This document shows, one piece after another, positions 8,799 through 18,444 of a stretch of 64,000 nt of DNA (position 1 is its first letter; each line of letters starts with the position of its first letter). A program made the position numbers and the translations under genes. The stretch covers positions 64,001 through 128,000 of the IMG/VR virus record IMGVR_UViG_3300036985_006490; one strand, given 5' to 3'. A model generated the notes under the pieces. The model was not told the origin of the DNA. It saw nothing but the letters and a program-made list of their open reading frames with translations, and ran no database searches. The stretch is from a virus.

Positions 8799-10124
8799 TT
8801 AACCACCCAAATCCCACATACCAGGTTGCATCTCTTCACCCTTCTCAGTAATTGAACTTGGAATTTTCGCATTAGGACTTTCCTTAAGATTCAAGAACAT
8901 TAGACTTGGTAAATTAGCGATACATTCAGGTACCGTTGTCAACTCAGGATTTTTCATTACCGCCAAGAATTTCAATCTTGGTAAATCACAAACTGATTCT
9001 GGTATACTTTTGAATGAAACATTATCTGTAATAATATGAACCAAATTCTGAAATTTACCAATCTCTTGGGGAAGTTCTATTTTGACACTATCTTTACTGT
9101 CTCTATTTTGTATCGAGAAAGATTCTAATGTATCAGGTAAACTTCCAATCAAGTCATCCAATCCATATAAGGAAATAAATTTACCAACTGCACCAGAAGA
9201 TAAACCATCGACTTTGAACTCTTTCCCTGAAGTACCTGTAAGACCTTTTGCAAACTCAGGTTTGAAGAAATCTTTAAGTTCATTCATAGGTCCATTTAAT
9301 AACTGAACCAAATCCTGTTGACGATCATCCTTATCCATGAATTGATTGGATGGGAAGTGAAACTGATATCTATTTTTGGGTAGACCTGTGGTTGGACTAA
9401 CATCTGTGTCGTTTGGATTGAAGACAACATATAATGGTCCGTCTTTAATGTATCTTTCAAACCAACTAGCTCCTGGCGCCGATGTACACCATCTTGTTTC
9501 TACATTGTTACCACCATAAAAACATGCCGCTTCTTTTCCAACTTGTCCTTTATCTTCAATTTCCACAACTCTCCAATTAGGACCTTCAAATACCAATTTA
9601 GCACCAGGGTGAACTGGCGCAGATTTTCTTTCTGCCTTGGTTGTAGTTGCTAAGGTTAAATCAAAATCCTTAACCGCATCATATAATTGGTCAGCCGTCA
9701 ATTTATTAATGTCTCTCATTTCTTGAGGAAGACGGCCCTTAAATCTCTCAAACTTTTTAAGATCATCAGTTACTTTATATAAGTCTTCCAAGAAAACTTC
9801 TTTAGATCTCTTTACATCTCTTTCGTATGAATAATCACCAAAAGAACTTTCAGTCTTAGGCTGTAAATAATTTTTTATCAACCATGGTACATAACTACCA
9901 GCCTTGATTTTACCTAATTCTTCAGGAGTTGCAGTTTCAACATCTACGTTGTTCAATCTAGTTGTCGGGTCAGCCAAAACTAAATTCAAAAATTCTTTCT
10001 TGGAAAGTTTTGGTTTTGTCTTCTTCCCCTCTTTATCCTCACCAGGTTTGGTTAAAGCATTCAATAATACCTCAAATCTTGACTGTTCAACTATGATTGA
10101 TTTTAATAACGAAGTAAATTTCAT
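8799..10124 (-). CDS. WCT-motif (PcfJ-like) domain protein with C-terminal leucine-rich repeats
   Basis: AACFYG...TRWCTSA...GPLYV...RYQFHF block, then LP-x-EIG-x-F-x-NL, IPESVC-x-LP-x-L, VPECIANLP-x-L LRR units. Confidence 0.7.
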   Translation of the reverse strand: MKFTSLLKSIIVEQSRFEVLLNALTKPGEDKEGKKTKPKLSKKEFLNLVLADPTTRLNNVDVETATPEELGKIKAGSYVPWLIKNYLQPKTESSFGDYSYERDVKRSKEVFLEDLYKVTDDLKKFERFKGRLPQEMRDINKLTADQLYDAVKDFDLTLATTTKAERKSAPVHPGAKLVFEGPNWRVVEIEDKGQVGKEAACFYGGNNVETRWCTSAPGASWFERYIKDGPLYVVFNPNDTDVSPTTGLPKNRYQFHFPSNQFMDKDDRQQDLVQLLNGPMNELKDFFKPEFAKGLTGTSGKEFKVDGLSSGAVGKFISLYGLDDLIGSLPDTLESFSIQNRDSKDSVKIELPQEIGKFQNLVHIITDNVSFKSIPESVCDLPRLKFLAVMKNPELTTVPECIANLPSLMFLNLKESPNAKIPSSITEKGEEMQPGMWDLGG

Positions 10125-10168
10125 CTATTTTTAATTTATTAATAAATATATTGTTATTACAAAAATAA

Positions 10169-11008
10169 TTAATAATTCAATATTAACAGCTCTTCTCCCA
10201 TATTTTGTTTTATACCCTTCTTAGCCGCGGCTGCCTTCGCAAATTCTTTTTTCTCCCATCGGAAACTATCTTCAGGAAACCATTTGTGTAACAACTCAAA
10301 ATCATAATAAGATAAACTAAATTTTCCTTGAACCTTGTTCAACACATTTGCCAATCTCTCATGGTCTTCCCTGTCGAAGTCGTGATTACTATAATAGTTT
10401 TCAGTCTTCCAATAAGGAGGATCCATATAGATGTAGGTTGTCGGAGAATCATACTTCTCAATCACATCTTGAAAGTCTAAATTTTCAACATGAGTGATTT
10501 TTGTGAAATGTTCAACCCAATTAGGTTTACTCAATTTATCTCTAAAAGCAAGATACTTTGACCTATACTTTCCTTTAAGGTCTATAAAGCTTGATGTCTC
10601 AGGTTTACTTCCACTAAATACTTGTGATAACACATAGACATACTTTGCTGCTGTAACATAGTCAGGATATTCAACCTTAAATCCCTCTCCAAATATTTCA
10701 CTTTGGAAACTTACAAATTTTTCTTTCAGCTCTTGTGAAGCATTATCCACACCGACTTGTTGGACTTCAATTTCATCCATTACACGTTGAAGTTCGGATG
10801 GGTTTTGAACACACTTGAATAAATTGTAATTTAATGGATTAAAGTCATTGTAAACGACTTTCTTAAGGTTTGGATACTTCTCCAAGTCCATATTAAAAAA
10901 ACACCAGAACATACCTGAAAATGGTTCTACGTACGTTTCCATGTCTGTGGGATAAAATGGAACAATCCATTTACCTATTTTTGATTTACCTCCAATATAA
11001 CTTATCAT
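10169..11008 (-). CDS. DNA adenine methyltransferase (Dam/D12 class)
   Basis: YIGGKS, YVEPFSG, VYNDFN, ENLDF, YMDPPY, EELLILNY. Confidence 0.9.
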   Translation of the reverse strand: MISYIGGKSKIGKWIVPFYPTDMETYVEPFSGMFWCFFNMDLEKYPNLKKVVYNDFNPLNYNLFKCVQNPSELQRVMDEIEVQQVGVDNASQELKEKFVSFQSEIFGEGFKVEYPDYVTAAKYVYVLSQVFSGSKPETSSFIDLKGKYRSKYLAFRDKLSKPNWVEHFTKITHVENLDFQDVIEKYDSPTTYIYMDPPYWKTENYYSNHDFDREDHERLANVLNKVQGKFSLSYYDFELLHKWFPEDSFRWEKKEFAKAAAAKKGIKQNMGEELLILNY

Positions 11009-11043
11009 GAAACAATGATAATAAAAAAATTCAACAAAGGCAA

Positions 11044-11217
11044 TTACTTATAACAATTTTTGTATGGACGACATGAAGCTTTCTGAGTGAATCCCATTTC
11101 ATCACACGGAGTAGATTCACAATAGGATTTACTATACTTACGAGGTTTTTTATATTTCCCCTGTTCCTTTTCATCAAGGTACATATAAAGAATTCTACGA
11201 ATTTGTTCACTTAACAT
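11044..11217 (-). CDS. small Cys-rich protein (57 aa), absent from the ORF track
   Basis: MLSEQIRRILYMYLDEKEQGKYKKPRKYSKSYCESTPCDEMGFTQKASCRPYKNCYK*. Confidence 0.65.
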   Translation of the reverse strand: MLSEQIRRILYMYLDEKEQGKYKKPRKYSKSYCESTPCDEMGFTQKASCRPYKNCYK

Positions 11218-11227
11218 ACTTATAATT

Positions 11228-11368
11228 ATGGCCGAATGTAAAAAATGTAATCAAAAACCAACCAGCAAGACCCAATATTTTACAATTATCGTTGGAGTTT
11301 ATCTATTAGTTTCCTCAGTTTACGGTACAATTAAAATATTAGAATCTATTTTTGAATTATTTAAGTAG
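11228..11368 (+). CDS. small CxxC membrane protein (46 aa), absent from the ORF track
   Basis: [10 protein letters not shown]... followed by hydrophobic [21 protein letters not shown]; TAG at 11366-11368. Confidence 0.55.
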   Translation: MAECKKCNQKPTSKTQYFTIIVGVYLLVSSVYGTIKILESIFELFK

Positions 11369-12278
11369 TCTTCTCAAATTTGACGTTCAATTTTAGATAC
11401 ATGTCACCACCATTATAACCCTTCCCTCTTAATCTCAAAGGTTTAGACGAATCAAATATCTTTGGTGAATCTATTCTTAACTCGCCATCGGGATGTGGAA
11501 TATTATATTTATCTTTTTTCAGGTCTTCTAAATTAAAAAACAAATTGTAAATTAAATCATTATTGAATTTCTCGAACCCATCTTTTGGTACAAGCTCAAT
11601 TTGAATCACTAAATCCCCATACTCCCCATTCTTAAAATCACCCGCTCTTTCTACTTTTAGATACTGTCCACTATCAACACCTTTGGGTATCATAATCCTT
11701 AAGTCCGCGGCGTTCTGTTTGGTACCTCTACCATCACACCCATAACATCTATGAACCAAAGTATATCCTCGACCTCCACACGTTGGACATGCTGACCTAA
11801 TTTGTTGGCTCATGAATCCAGTTCCCATAGTTTTAATAAAAACCCCTTGCCCATTACAAGAACCGCAGACTTGTTGTTCACCACCTGACCCACTACATAC
11901 ATTACAATGAGTATCTTTCATGTATTGGATAGTCTTCTCATCACCTTTGTAGGATTCAATAGGACTAATTTGTACCTTTACAATCTTATCGGGGGCACTT
12001 TTCCTTTTGGGTTGTTGAACCCCTCCACCACCAAACATTTGTGAGAACATTTGTTCATAAGCAGTACCTTGGAACGGGTTACTACCTCTGTTATCATATT
12101 GAGATCGTTTTTCAGGGTTACTAAGGGTCTCATAAGCCTCAGCAATTTCTTTGAACATCTCCTCCCCTTGAGGGTTTTTATCTGGATGGTATTGAGATGC
12201 GAGTTTCCTATAGGACTTTTTTATTTCGTCCTGAGAGGCTTTCTCTTCAACTTCTAAAATTTTATAGTAATCTTTCAT
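11361..12278 (-). CDS. dnaJ: DnaJ (type I) co-chaperone
   Basis: J-domain DYYKIL...YHPDKN, four CxxCxGxG repeats, C-terminal LRLRGKG. Confidence 0.93.
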   Translation of the reverse strand: MKDYYKILEVEEKASQDEIKKSYRKLASQYHPDKNPQGEEMFKEIAEAYETLSNPEKRSQYDNRGSNPFQGTAYEQMFSQMFGGGGVQQPKRKSAPDKIVKVQISPIESYKGDEKTIQYMKDTHCNVCSGSGGEQQVCGSCNGQGVFIKTMGTGFMSQQIRSACPTCGGRGYTLVHRCYGCDGRGTKQNAADLRIMIPKGVDSGQYLKVERAGDFKNGEYGDLVIQIELVPKDGFEKFNNDLIYNLFFNLEDLKKDKYNIPHPDGELRIDSPKIFDSSKPLRLRGKGYNGGDMYLKLNVKFEKTT

Positions 12279-12280
12279 AT

Positions 12281-12925
12281 ATGGAGAACTACATGGTAGT
12301 CTTATTTAAGAATAAAAAAAAGAAAAAAATTATAAATAAATTTATAACATTCTCCCGTGCTAAACAATTTTATGATAAATTAATCAAAGAATCAAACGAA
12401 GTATTGTTTGATGTTAAAGTTGAAGGTGGTAAAGAATGTAGGTATGAATTGGGTATTATAGAAATGAGTGCAAAACAACTAATACCAGTTTATATGACCG
12501 ATGAGTTTGGAAGAAATATTAAAGTTAAATTGGATGAAGATGGAATGACTCTGTTCAAGATTGATTCATATAAAAAAGAAGAAACCATTTATGATATTAA
12601 AGAACAGAAAAAGATTACAACACAAACTTTAATTAAAAAATATTTGAAGGGTGATGGTCTAAAAATGATTTCAGTCCTTAATAATAAAATTGTCCTTCAA
12701 GAAGATGAAAAGATTCACCTCTTTACATTAAAGTCAGAGAGTGAATCTTCAAGGTTTGCTGATAGTTTGTCCTCACATTTTTTCAAAATAAAAAGAGGAG
12801 ATTGTTTGTTTGTCAAAGACTATTCAATAGCGCAAAGGAAATCTTTATATCAGTTGTTAGAGTCTTCAGGTATTGACAAAAAAATCCTTTATAGAAAATT
12901 TACGACGTTACCTCCGTCAAAATAA
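12281..12925 (+). CDS. hypothetical protein
   Basis: Start moved to MENY (12281) to avoid overlap with dnaJ. Confidence 0.65.
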   Translation: MENYMVVLFKNKKKKKIINKFITFSRAKQFYDKLIKESNEVLFDVKVEGGKECRYELGIIEMSAKQLIPVYMTDEFGRNIKVKLDEDGMTLFKIDSYKKEETIYDIKEQKKITTQTLIKKYLKGDGLKMISVLNNKIVLQEDEKIHLFTLKSESESSRFADSLSSHFFKIKRGDCLFVKDYSIAQRKSLYQLLESSGIDKKILYRKFTTLPPSK

Positions 12926-13130
12926 AATGAAAATCCGTACCTGAAATATCAATGGAGAATTGTTTGTGATGTCTATCCACTTCTCTGAAGTGGTTAATGA
13001 CACTATTGTATTCTCCTTTTGGTAACTCAAAAACAATTGTCGCCTTACCACTGAAAATAGTTTGACAGGATTCAGCAATTAACGCCAACTTTTCTAATTC
13101 CCCAAAATTAATATCTTTATCTTCTGCCAT
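12900..13130 (-). CDS. hypothetical protein
   Basis: ORF in co-directional run. Confidence 0.6.
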   Translation of the reverse strand: MAEDKDINFGELEKLALIAESCQTIFSGKATIVFELPKGEYNSVINHFREVDRHHKQFSIDISGTDFHFILTEVTS

Positions 13131-13288
13131 AATGTTAGTTTTTTAGGTATTACAAATAATTCTTCTTTTTTGATATTTCGGATCTCTTCGATATATTTTC
13201 TTTTTGTATTTTCGATGTCCTTACTATCTTTTAGTTTTTCACTTTCCAACCAATTCAGTATCGATTGGTCCCTGTTCGTCTTGCTCAT
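13094..13288 (-). CDS. hypothetical protein
   Basis: 64-aa ORF ending in amphipathic LTLWQKIKILILG. Confidence 0.55.
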   Translation of the reverse strand: MSKTNRDQSILNWLESEKLKDSKDIENTKRKYIEEIRNIKKEELFVIPKKLTLWQKIKILILGN

Positions 13289-13712
13289 AGTCTAAATCAT
13301 TATCAGTATCATCTAAATCAACATTTAACTCAGGTGTTTCATCCTCTTCTTCAAAATAAAAATTTAGATTTTTGAGTTTATCTAAATCAGTTTTTTCAAA
13401 AGTGCTCTTCAATTGTTCTACGGTTTCTTTGAACAGTCTTTCCTTTAATTCTTTTTCTTTATTCAGTTTAATGATTTTAGCGATTTTGGCTAAACTTTTA
13501 GAAACTTCTGAATCATCGATTGGTGAAACAAATGAAATACCTTTTAAATTTTGATTTTCAGCCTCGAACCCAACAATTTGACCTTCCTCAACAAGATTTC
13601 TGGGAAGTGACCATTTACTGGGGAAAACCATATCAAAACTGAGATAGTTTTTTAGTTTCCTAATTGAATGTATATACTCGACAAATGGACTTAATTCTGT
13701 GTAAAAACTCAT
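13239..13712 (-). CDS. hypothetical protein
   Basis: 157-aa ORF with coiled coil and acidic tail. Confidence 0.7.
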   Translation of the reverse strand: MSFYTELSPFVEYIHSIRKLKNYLSFDMVFPSKWSLPRNLVEEGQIVGFEAENQNLKGISFVSPIDDSEVSKSLAKIAKIIKLNKEKELKERLFKETVEQLKSTFEKTDLDKLKNLNFYFEEEDETPELNVDLDDTDNDLDYEQDEQGPIDTELVGK

Positions 13713-13897
13713 GATACGTATATGTAGGTGATGATATAGCTTATTGATAAACCTAAAATTATAAGTTCCCTGTTAGTATAAACCAATGGTTTTGGATTCT
13801 TTTCTAACAGGGCCCTCACAATTTTTAGTCCGTGTCTTAATGACACTAATATTGTTAACACAAATATAAACAAATATATTGTATTAATATTATGCAT
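13709..13897 (-). CDS. small two-TM membrane protein
   Basis: Two hydrophobic segments; start MHNINT. Confidence 0.6.
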   Translation of the reverse strand: MHNINTIYLFIFVLTILVSLRHGLKIVRALLEKNPKPLVYTNRELIILGLSISYIITYIYVS

Positions 13898-14072
13898 TTT
13901 TATCTGCTTTGCTGTGTTCAAGAACTTCAGTTCTAAATTCTTGAAGTAATGATTTTAATTCTTGTGCAGATTTTCTTGCACGGGTACCCGCACTTTTATT
14001 ACCTTTATAGAATTTAGTTGCATCAACTGATAATAACTCAGTAAGTTCTTTAATTTTTTCTAATGTTTCCAT
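13890..14072 (-). CDS. histone H1-like protein, Hc1 family (Bacteroidetes type)
   Basis: KF-x-KGNKSAGTRARKSAQELK...FR motif. Confidence 0.8.
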   Translation of the reverse strand: METLEKIKELTELLSVDATKFYKGNKSAGTRARKSAQELKSLLQEFRTEVLEHSKADKNA

Positions 14073-14153
14073 TTCTAATTTAATTAATGTTTATTGTTTA
14101 TGTTCATAAAAATAACTTTTTTTACTCCTGTGTAAATAGAGTATGGTTTTTTT

Positions 14154-14630
14154 CTACTTAACATTTTTTTCCATCATCTTATAAATCTCAGTAATCATGT
14201 CTAAATCTGATTTACTAAATGGTTTAGATATGTTGAATATCTCATTAAGAAATACTGGCACAGAGTCTTTAACATTCTTCTGAGTTTGATGGTAAAATGT
14301 GTCCATATAAAATGACTTCAAATAGTTTTTGTGCTCCCCATCTATTGTGATAGTAATATTTTCTTTCTGAAAATTTTCAACCATCTTGCCCCAACACCAA
14401 TCGAAGTGAGATTTTTTATCATCGGGAGACATAACTATTTTAGTTTCGGGTGAATCCCCATTTGAATCACCCATGTAGGTGTCAGTAATAACATAGTGTA
14501 ATGATTTGAATATATCTCCGTATAATTCAATTTTCTCATAAATCATGTTGTGTACATTGAACCATGTAACCACCTCATCATTCGGAAGTGGTTTGGCTAT
14601 CCAATTAAAAAAATTCTCCATAGAGTTCAT
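14154..14630 (-). CDS. hypothetical phage protein
   Basis: 158-aa ORF with HFDWCW block. Confidence 0.7.
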   Translation of the reverse strand: MNSMENFFNWIAKPLPNDEVVTWFNVHNMIYEKIELYGDIFKSLHYVITDTYMGDSNGDSPETKIVMSPDDKKSHFDWCWGKMVENFQKENITITIDGEHKNYLKSFYMDTFYHQTQKNVKDSVPVFLNEIFNISKPFSKSDLDMITEIYKMMEKNVK

Positions 14631-14669
14631 CTATGGAGAATATAATATAAATCTAATAAATGTGAATTT

Positions 14670-16136
14670 TTATTGTGTTTTTCTGTTGTAACCAATAAGA
14701 TTTTTCATCTTATTCATTTCTTCAGAGATAACTTTTGACTTTTTATCTTCAGTTGATTCTAAGGTGTTAAGTATTTTAGTTGCCTTATTAATTGAACTTG
14801 ATTTGTCAGCTCCTTGTTTAGACTTTAAAGAACCTTTTGATTTACCTTCACCTTCAACCTCAACAGGTTGTGATTGTCTCTTATAAGATGCTTTCATTTG
14901 TTCAGCGCCATATAAGTTTTCATCGTAATTCTTTTTAAATCTTTCTCCAACTTCTCCACTTCTTTTTGATACATTACCTAAAGCTTTACCATCTTTATCT
15001 GTAACTGCATTTCCTGTAGTTACATCACCTTTTAATTGCTTGTCAATTCTCTTATCATCAGGTTTGATTTCATCATAAACTAAGTTTGTCATACCAGGGT
15101 AAGCAAACGCCTCAATGTATTCTTCAACTGCGTCAGATGGATGGTATTTCATTTCGTTGTGTTCTTTTTCCATATCATAATTACTTTGAGGGAAGTCGTC
15201 AGGATTTTCATCATATCCGTTACTACCTGAGAACATATCCTTCATATAATCCTTCATTTTCTCAACAACCTCTTTTGCGTAATCATCATTTTCTTTCTTA
15301 TTCTTACCAAGAACATCTTGAGTCTTCTTAAGACCTACAGGACTTTTTTTGCTAATGTTTTCTTTCTCAGCAATATCCTTAACTTTTTGTTCCAAAACAA
15401 TTTGTTCAATCATATCAATTAGTTCGTCCTCAGTAAGTCTCAAAGATGACTTTCTACTTTCTTTCCGTACATTATATGTTTTTCCATTAACCTTAAAGGT
15501 TTTATCTCCATCCTCCCTTGCGTCATCTAAAGCTCCTGAAAATGCATTTCCTTCTTCAGTCTCAGCTTCTTCCATATCTCTTGGAGTTCTAACTCTAAAT
15601 GGTTTCCCGAACCTTTCTTTATACATGTCAAAGAATTTTCTACCCTCTTTACCTGGTGCGAATAATCTTTGCTTCCCTCCATACTTAGAATCAAATGAAT
15701 CGAAATCGTCAAACTCTTCTTCATCATAGTCAAAGTCAAAATCTCCAGTATATTGTCTTTCGTCTTCGTCATAAAATCCGTGGTCATCATCAAATGAACC
15801 CATCATTTTTGGTTTACGAGTTACATGAAAGTTATCTCTACCCATTTCCATTTCTTCATCTTCAGAATCATCCCCATCAACATCGAAGTAAAACTCATCA
15901 ACTTCTTTTTTATTTGTTTTCTTATCTCTAAGTTTTTTGAAATCCGCCGCTGTGATTTTACCTTTTGGTTCGGCAACATCAATCTTTTTTTGACCACCTT
16001 TAAGTTGTTCTCCAACTTCAATTTCAGTCCACTCTCCTTCTTCTAACTGTTCAGAAATTTGTTTTGCTTTATTTTCAATTTCCTCGTTTAATATTTTGGA
16101 AACTAATTTGTCTATGTCAATTTTGAAATTACTCAT
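14670..16136 (-). CDS. large acidic low-complexity protein, probable prohead core / internal head protein
   Basis: Repeated ILNEE/ISEQ/IVLEQ/VISEE motifs, KKIDVAEPKGKITAADFKKLR EF-hand-like motif, TATTTAT upstream (16154-16160). Confidence 0.55.
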   Translation of the reverse strand: MSNFKIDIDKLVSKILNEEIENKAKQISEQLEEGEWTEIEVGEQLKGGQKKIDVAEPKGKITAADFKKLRDKKTNKKEVDEFYFDVDGDDSEDEEMEMGRDNFHVTRKPKMMGSFDDDHGFYDEDERQYTGDFDFDYDEEEFDDFDSFDSKYGGKQRLFAPGKEGRKFFDMYKERFGKPFRVRTPRDMEEAETEEGNAFSGALDDAREDGDKTFKVNGKTYNVRKESRKSSLRLTEDELIDMIEQIVLEQKVKDIAEKENISKKSPVGLKKTQDVLGKNKKENDDYAKEVVEKMKDYMKDMFSGSNGYDENPDDFPQSNYDMEKEHNEMKYHPSDAVEEYIEAFAYPGMTNLVYDEIKPDDKRIDKQLKGDVTTGNAVTDKDGKALGNVSKRSGEVGERFKKNYDENLYGAEQMKASYKRQSQPVEVEGEGKSKGSLKSKQGADKSSSINKATKILNTLESTEDKKSKVISEEMNKMKNLIGYNRKTQ

Positions 16137-16163
16137 TGTTTTTATTTTTTATAATAAATATCT

Positions 16164-16925
16164 TTATTTGTTCCTTTTATTCTTCATTTGGTATTCATGT
16201 TCCAAAATAGTTATAATAAGAGATTCATCAATATTCAATTTACTTGCGACATTCTTTATTGCTTCTTTAACTGATTCATTTTTACTTAATTTCAAATTTG
16301 TGATATCACCCTGATTACAATATGGGAATGTTGTACATTTCTTCTTAATCTTTACAAATGACCCTCCTTTATATTGTGTTTTTCGACTTGGGCCCCAATC
16401 TTTCTTCTTAGTTGATTTAGCCCACATTGCAGGTGATTCATATCCTCCTGATGAACCTGTTGTTGTTGCCTCTTTTGCTTCAACCTTTTCGACTTCACTC
16501 TCTCCCAATTTTGGTGTCTCACTTCTACTTCTTTTCCAAAAAGCGTCGTCTCCTCCGAATACAGGCCCTGAATAAGCTCCTGAAGAACCTGAACCAGTCG
16601 CCTCTTTGGGCTCTGATTTTTTACTTTGTTTGAAACTACATTTCTTCAAAAAATCTACGTGGTCAAAATCAACTTTTTCCCTCTTCAATTTTTTAACCAT
16701 ATTTTGTGCAACTTCTTTTCTATTAGAAGTATCTTTAATTTGCTTGATAATTTCAATTATTCCATCAACCATTTCTTTATCATCTTGGTTGGAACTATCT
16801 TCAAGTTTTTCTTCTTTGAATCCTTGTTTGTATTTCATATGGTCTCCTAACGTTGATTGGTTTAAGTTTATGTGAGAAAACGCTTTATCTAAATTTTTTT
16901 TAAACAATTCTCCAGAACTTTCCAT
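16164..16925 (-). CDS. hypothetical (probably virion-associated) protein
   Basis: Duplicated KEATGSGSSGAYSGP / KEATTTGSSGGYESP motif; C-x-x-FPYC. Confidence 0.65.
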   Translation of the reverse strand: MESSGELFKKNLDKAFSHINLNQSTLGDHMKYKQGFKEEKLEDSSNQDDKEMVDGIIEIIKQIKDTSNRKEVAQNMVKKLKREKVDFDHVDFLKKCSFKQSKKSEPKEATGSGSSGAYSGPVFGGDDAFWKRSRSETPKLGESEVEKVEAKEATTTGSSGGYESPAMWAKSTKKKDWGPSRKTQYKGGSFVKIKKKCTTFPYCNQGDITNLKLSKNESVKEAIKNVASKLNIDESLIITILEHEYQMKNKRNK

Positions 16926-16927
16926 AA

Positions 16928-17173
16928 TTATGCGTTTTTAAGTCTTGGTTCCCAATAACTTCTATTCACCCACATGAACTGATAGAATTCTCGGAACATT
17001 CTTATTGTAATTTCTTTTACTTCACCTTCGAGTTTACCTCGTTTCATTTCTTTTTGAATCCTGTCCATCAACTGGTCTTCAAATTGTTTGACGGTGTTGT
17101 TATTCATAAAGGATTTTATTTCTTTACGAATCATAACTTCTATTTCTTTTGATTCTGAACTTGTAAGTGCCAT
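16928..17173 (-). CDS. hypothetical protein
   Basis: Start MALTSS (17173) coupled by TAATG overlap to the upstream gene. Confidence 0.65.
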   Translation of the reverse strand: MALTSSESKEIEVMIRKEIKSFMNNNTVKQFEDQLMDRIQKEMKRGKLEGEVKEITIRMFREFYQFMWVNRSYWEPRLKNA

Positions 17174-17598
17174 TAGTATATAATTAGTAATGATGTAGTT
17201 AATCCCAATCCTATAAACGCACCGGATCTCCACAAGAAAGTTTTGGTCCGTTGACCTTTTAATTCTTTATGTAAAGCATCAGTTAATTGTTTGGATATTT
17301 GAAGTTGTTCGTCTTTCTTTGATATAATGAATTGATTGTTCTCATCTTTTTTTGTGAGAATTGTAATAATATTGTCTTTCTGAATTTCTCTTTCCTCAAC
17401 TTTTTCAAGTTTGAATTTTATCAAACCTATTTCTTCCTTAAGCCCATCATACTTCAATAAGTCTTGGTAAACTAATCTCGCAGTTTTAACACTTAATACT
17501 ACCTTTGTAGAATCAATTTCTTTAGTTGGGATAACGTTCTGTGAAAATCCTTTCAAGCTCAACATTACCAATAAACCCAACATTAATAACTTTTTCAT
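17173..17598 (-). CDS. spanin-like protein (signal peptide, coiled coil, C-terminal TM)
   Basis: MKKLLMLGLLVMLSLKGFS/Q signal peptide, heptads, C-terminal GAFIGLGLTTSLLIIY; overlaps the upstream TM/coiled-coil gene. Confidence 0.5.
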   Translation of the reverse strand: MKKLLMLGLLVMLSLKGFSQNVIPTKEIDSTKVVLSVKTARLVYQDLLKYDGLKEEIGLIKFKLEKVEEREIQKDNIITILTKKDENNQFIISKKDEQLQISKQLTDALHKELKGQRTKTFLWRSGAFIGLGLTTSLLIIY

Positions 17599-17872
17599 TA
17601 GTTTGTTCTTTTACCGTTTCTATATTATTATCGATTTCATAAATCTCTTTGGTAATAGAGTTTACAGACTCTTTTATTACCAAAACTTTTTCATCCATCT
17701 CTTTGTTAATTAATTGTGCAGAATCCACTTCAACTTGAATATTCTCAATTTTTTCTTTATAGGACTTCACATCAGTTTTAATCCCATTTGTATTCAAAAT
17801 ATTCCATAACACTAACACTATTACTATCGCTAATAATATAGTTTGTCTATTATTGATTATTTTTTCTCTCAT
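17522..17872 (-). CDS. i-spanin-like protein (N-terminal TM + coiled coil)
   Basis: ILLAIVIVLVLW anchor followed by a long coiled coil; near the amidase. Confidence 0.5.
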   Translation of the reverse strand: MREKIINNRQTILLAIVIVLVLWNILNTNGIKTDVKSYKEKIENIQVEVDSAQLINKEMDEKVLVIKESVNSITKEIYEIDNNIETVKEQTNEKVINVGFIGNVELERIFTERYPN

Positions 17873-18444
17873 TATACTGGTGACTCCATAGTCTTTTTTC
17901 TACTAGCCAAAACTCTACCCCACTTAGACTTAAATTTTTGGTAAAATTGTTGTAACTTATTTATCAAATCAAGGAATTCACTATCAACCTTAATCATTTC
18001 ACCGTTGATATAAATTCCACTGTCTTCTCCGATAGTAAAAATAAATTCAAGGTCTTGGTCAATAAGTTTTCCAGACCACTCAACACTATTTTTGTATACA
18101 TTGAGGGTTTCGAAGTCAACCAAGTCAGAAACTTCTTCAACGAATTCATCCATGGTTTCTTGGAAAGCAATTTTCTCATCAGTTGTGATGTCCAAATCAC
18201 TTCTATCTTTACCATGAAGTTTCAAGATACCACCTGAAATTCTATATTTTTGGGATTTATCCTTCGGTGTTGGTTCTTCACCACTTTCAACCTCAGTCTC
18301 GGCTGTATCATACTCAGCATCTTGAGCTATTCTACTTTCAAGATCCTTAGCAACATTTATTTGTCCCTCTTGCTCAAAGAGTAATTTGGACTTCTTTAAT
18401 AGAGATTTAATCTCGTCGTACCTTTCGTTATGCAAATTGCTCAT
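17872..18444 (-). CDS. hypothetical protein
   Basis: 190-aa acidic ORF with LLFEQ motif near the N-terminus. Confidence 0.7.
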   Translation of the reverse strand: MSNLHNERYDEIKSLLKKSKLLFEQEGQINVAKDLESRIAQDAEYDTAETEVESGEEPTPKDKSQKYRISGGILKLHGKDRSDLDITTDEKIAFQETMDEFVEEVSDLVDFETLNVYKNSVEWSGKLIDQDLEFIFTIGEDSGIYINGEMIKVDSEFLDLINKLQQFYQKFKSKWGRVLASRKKTMESPV

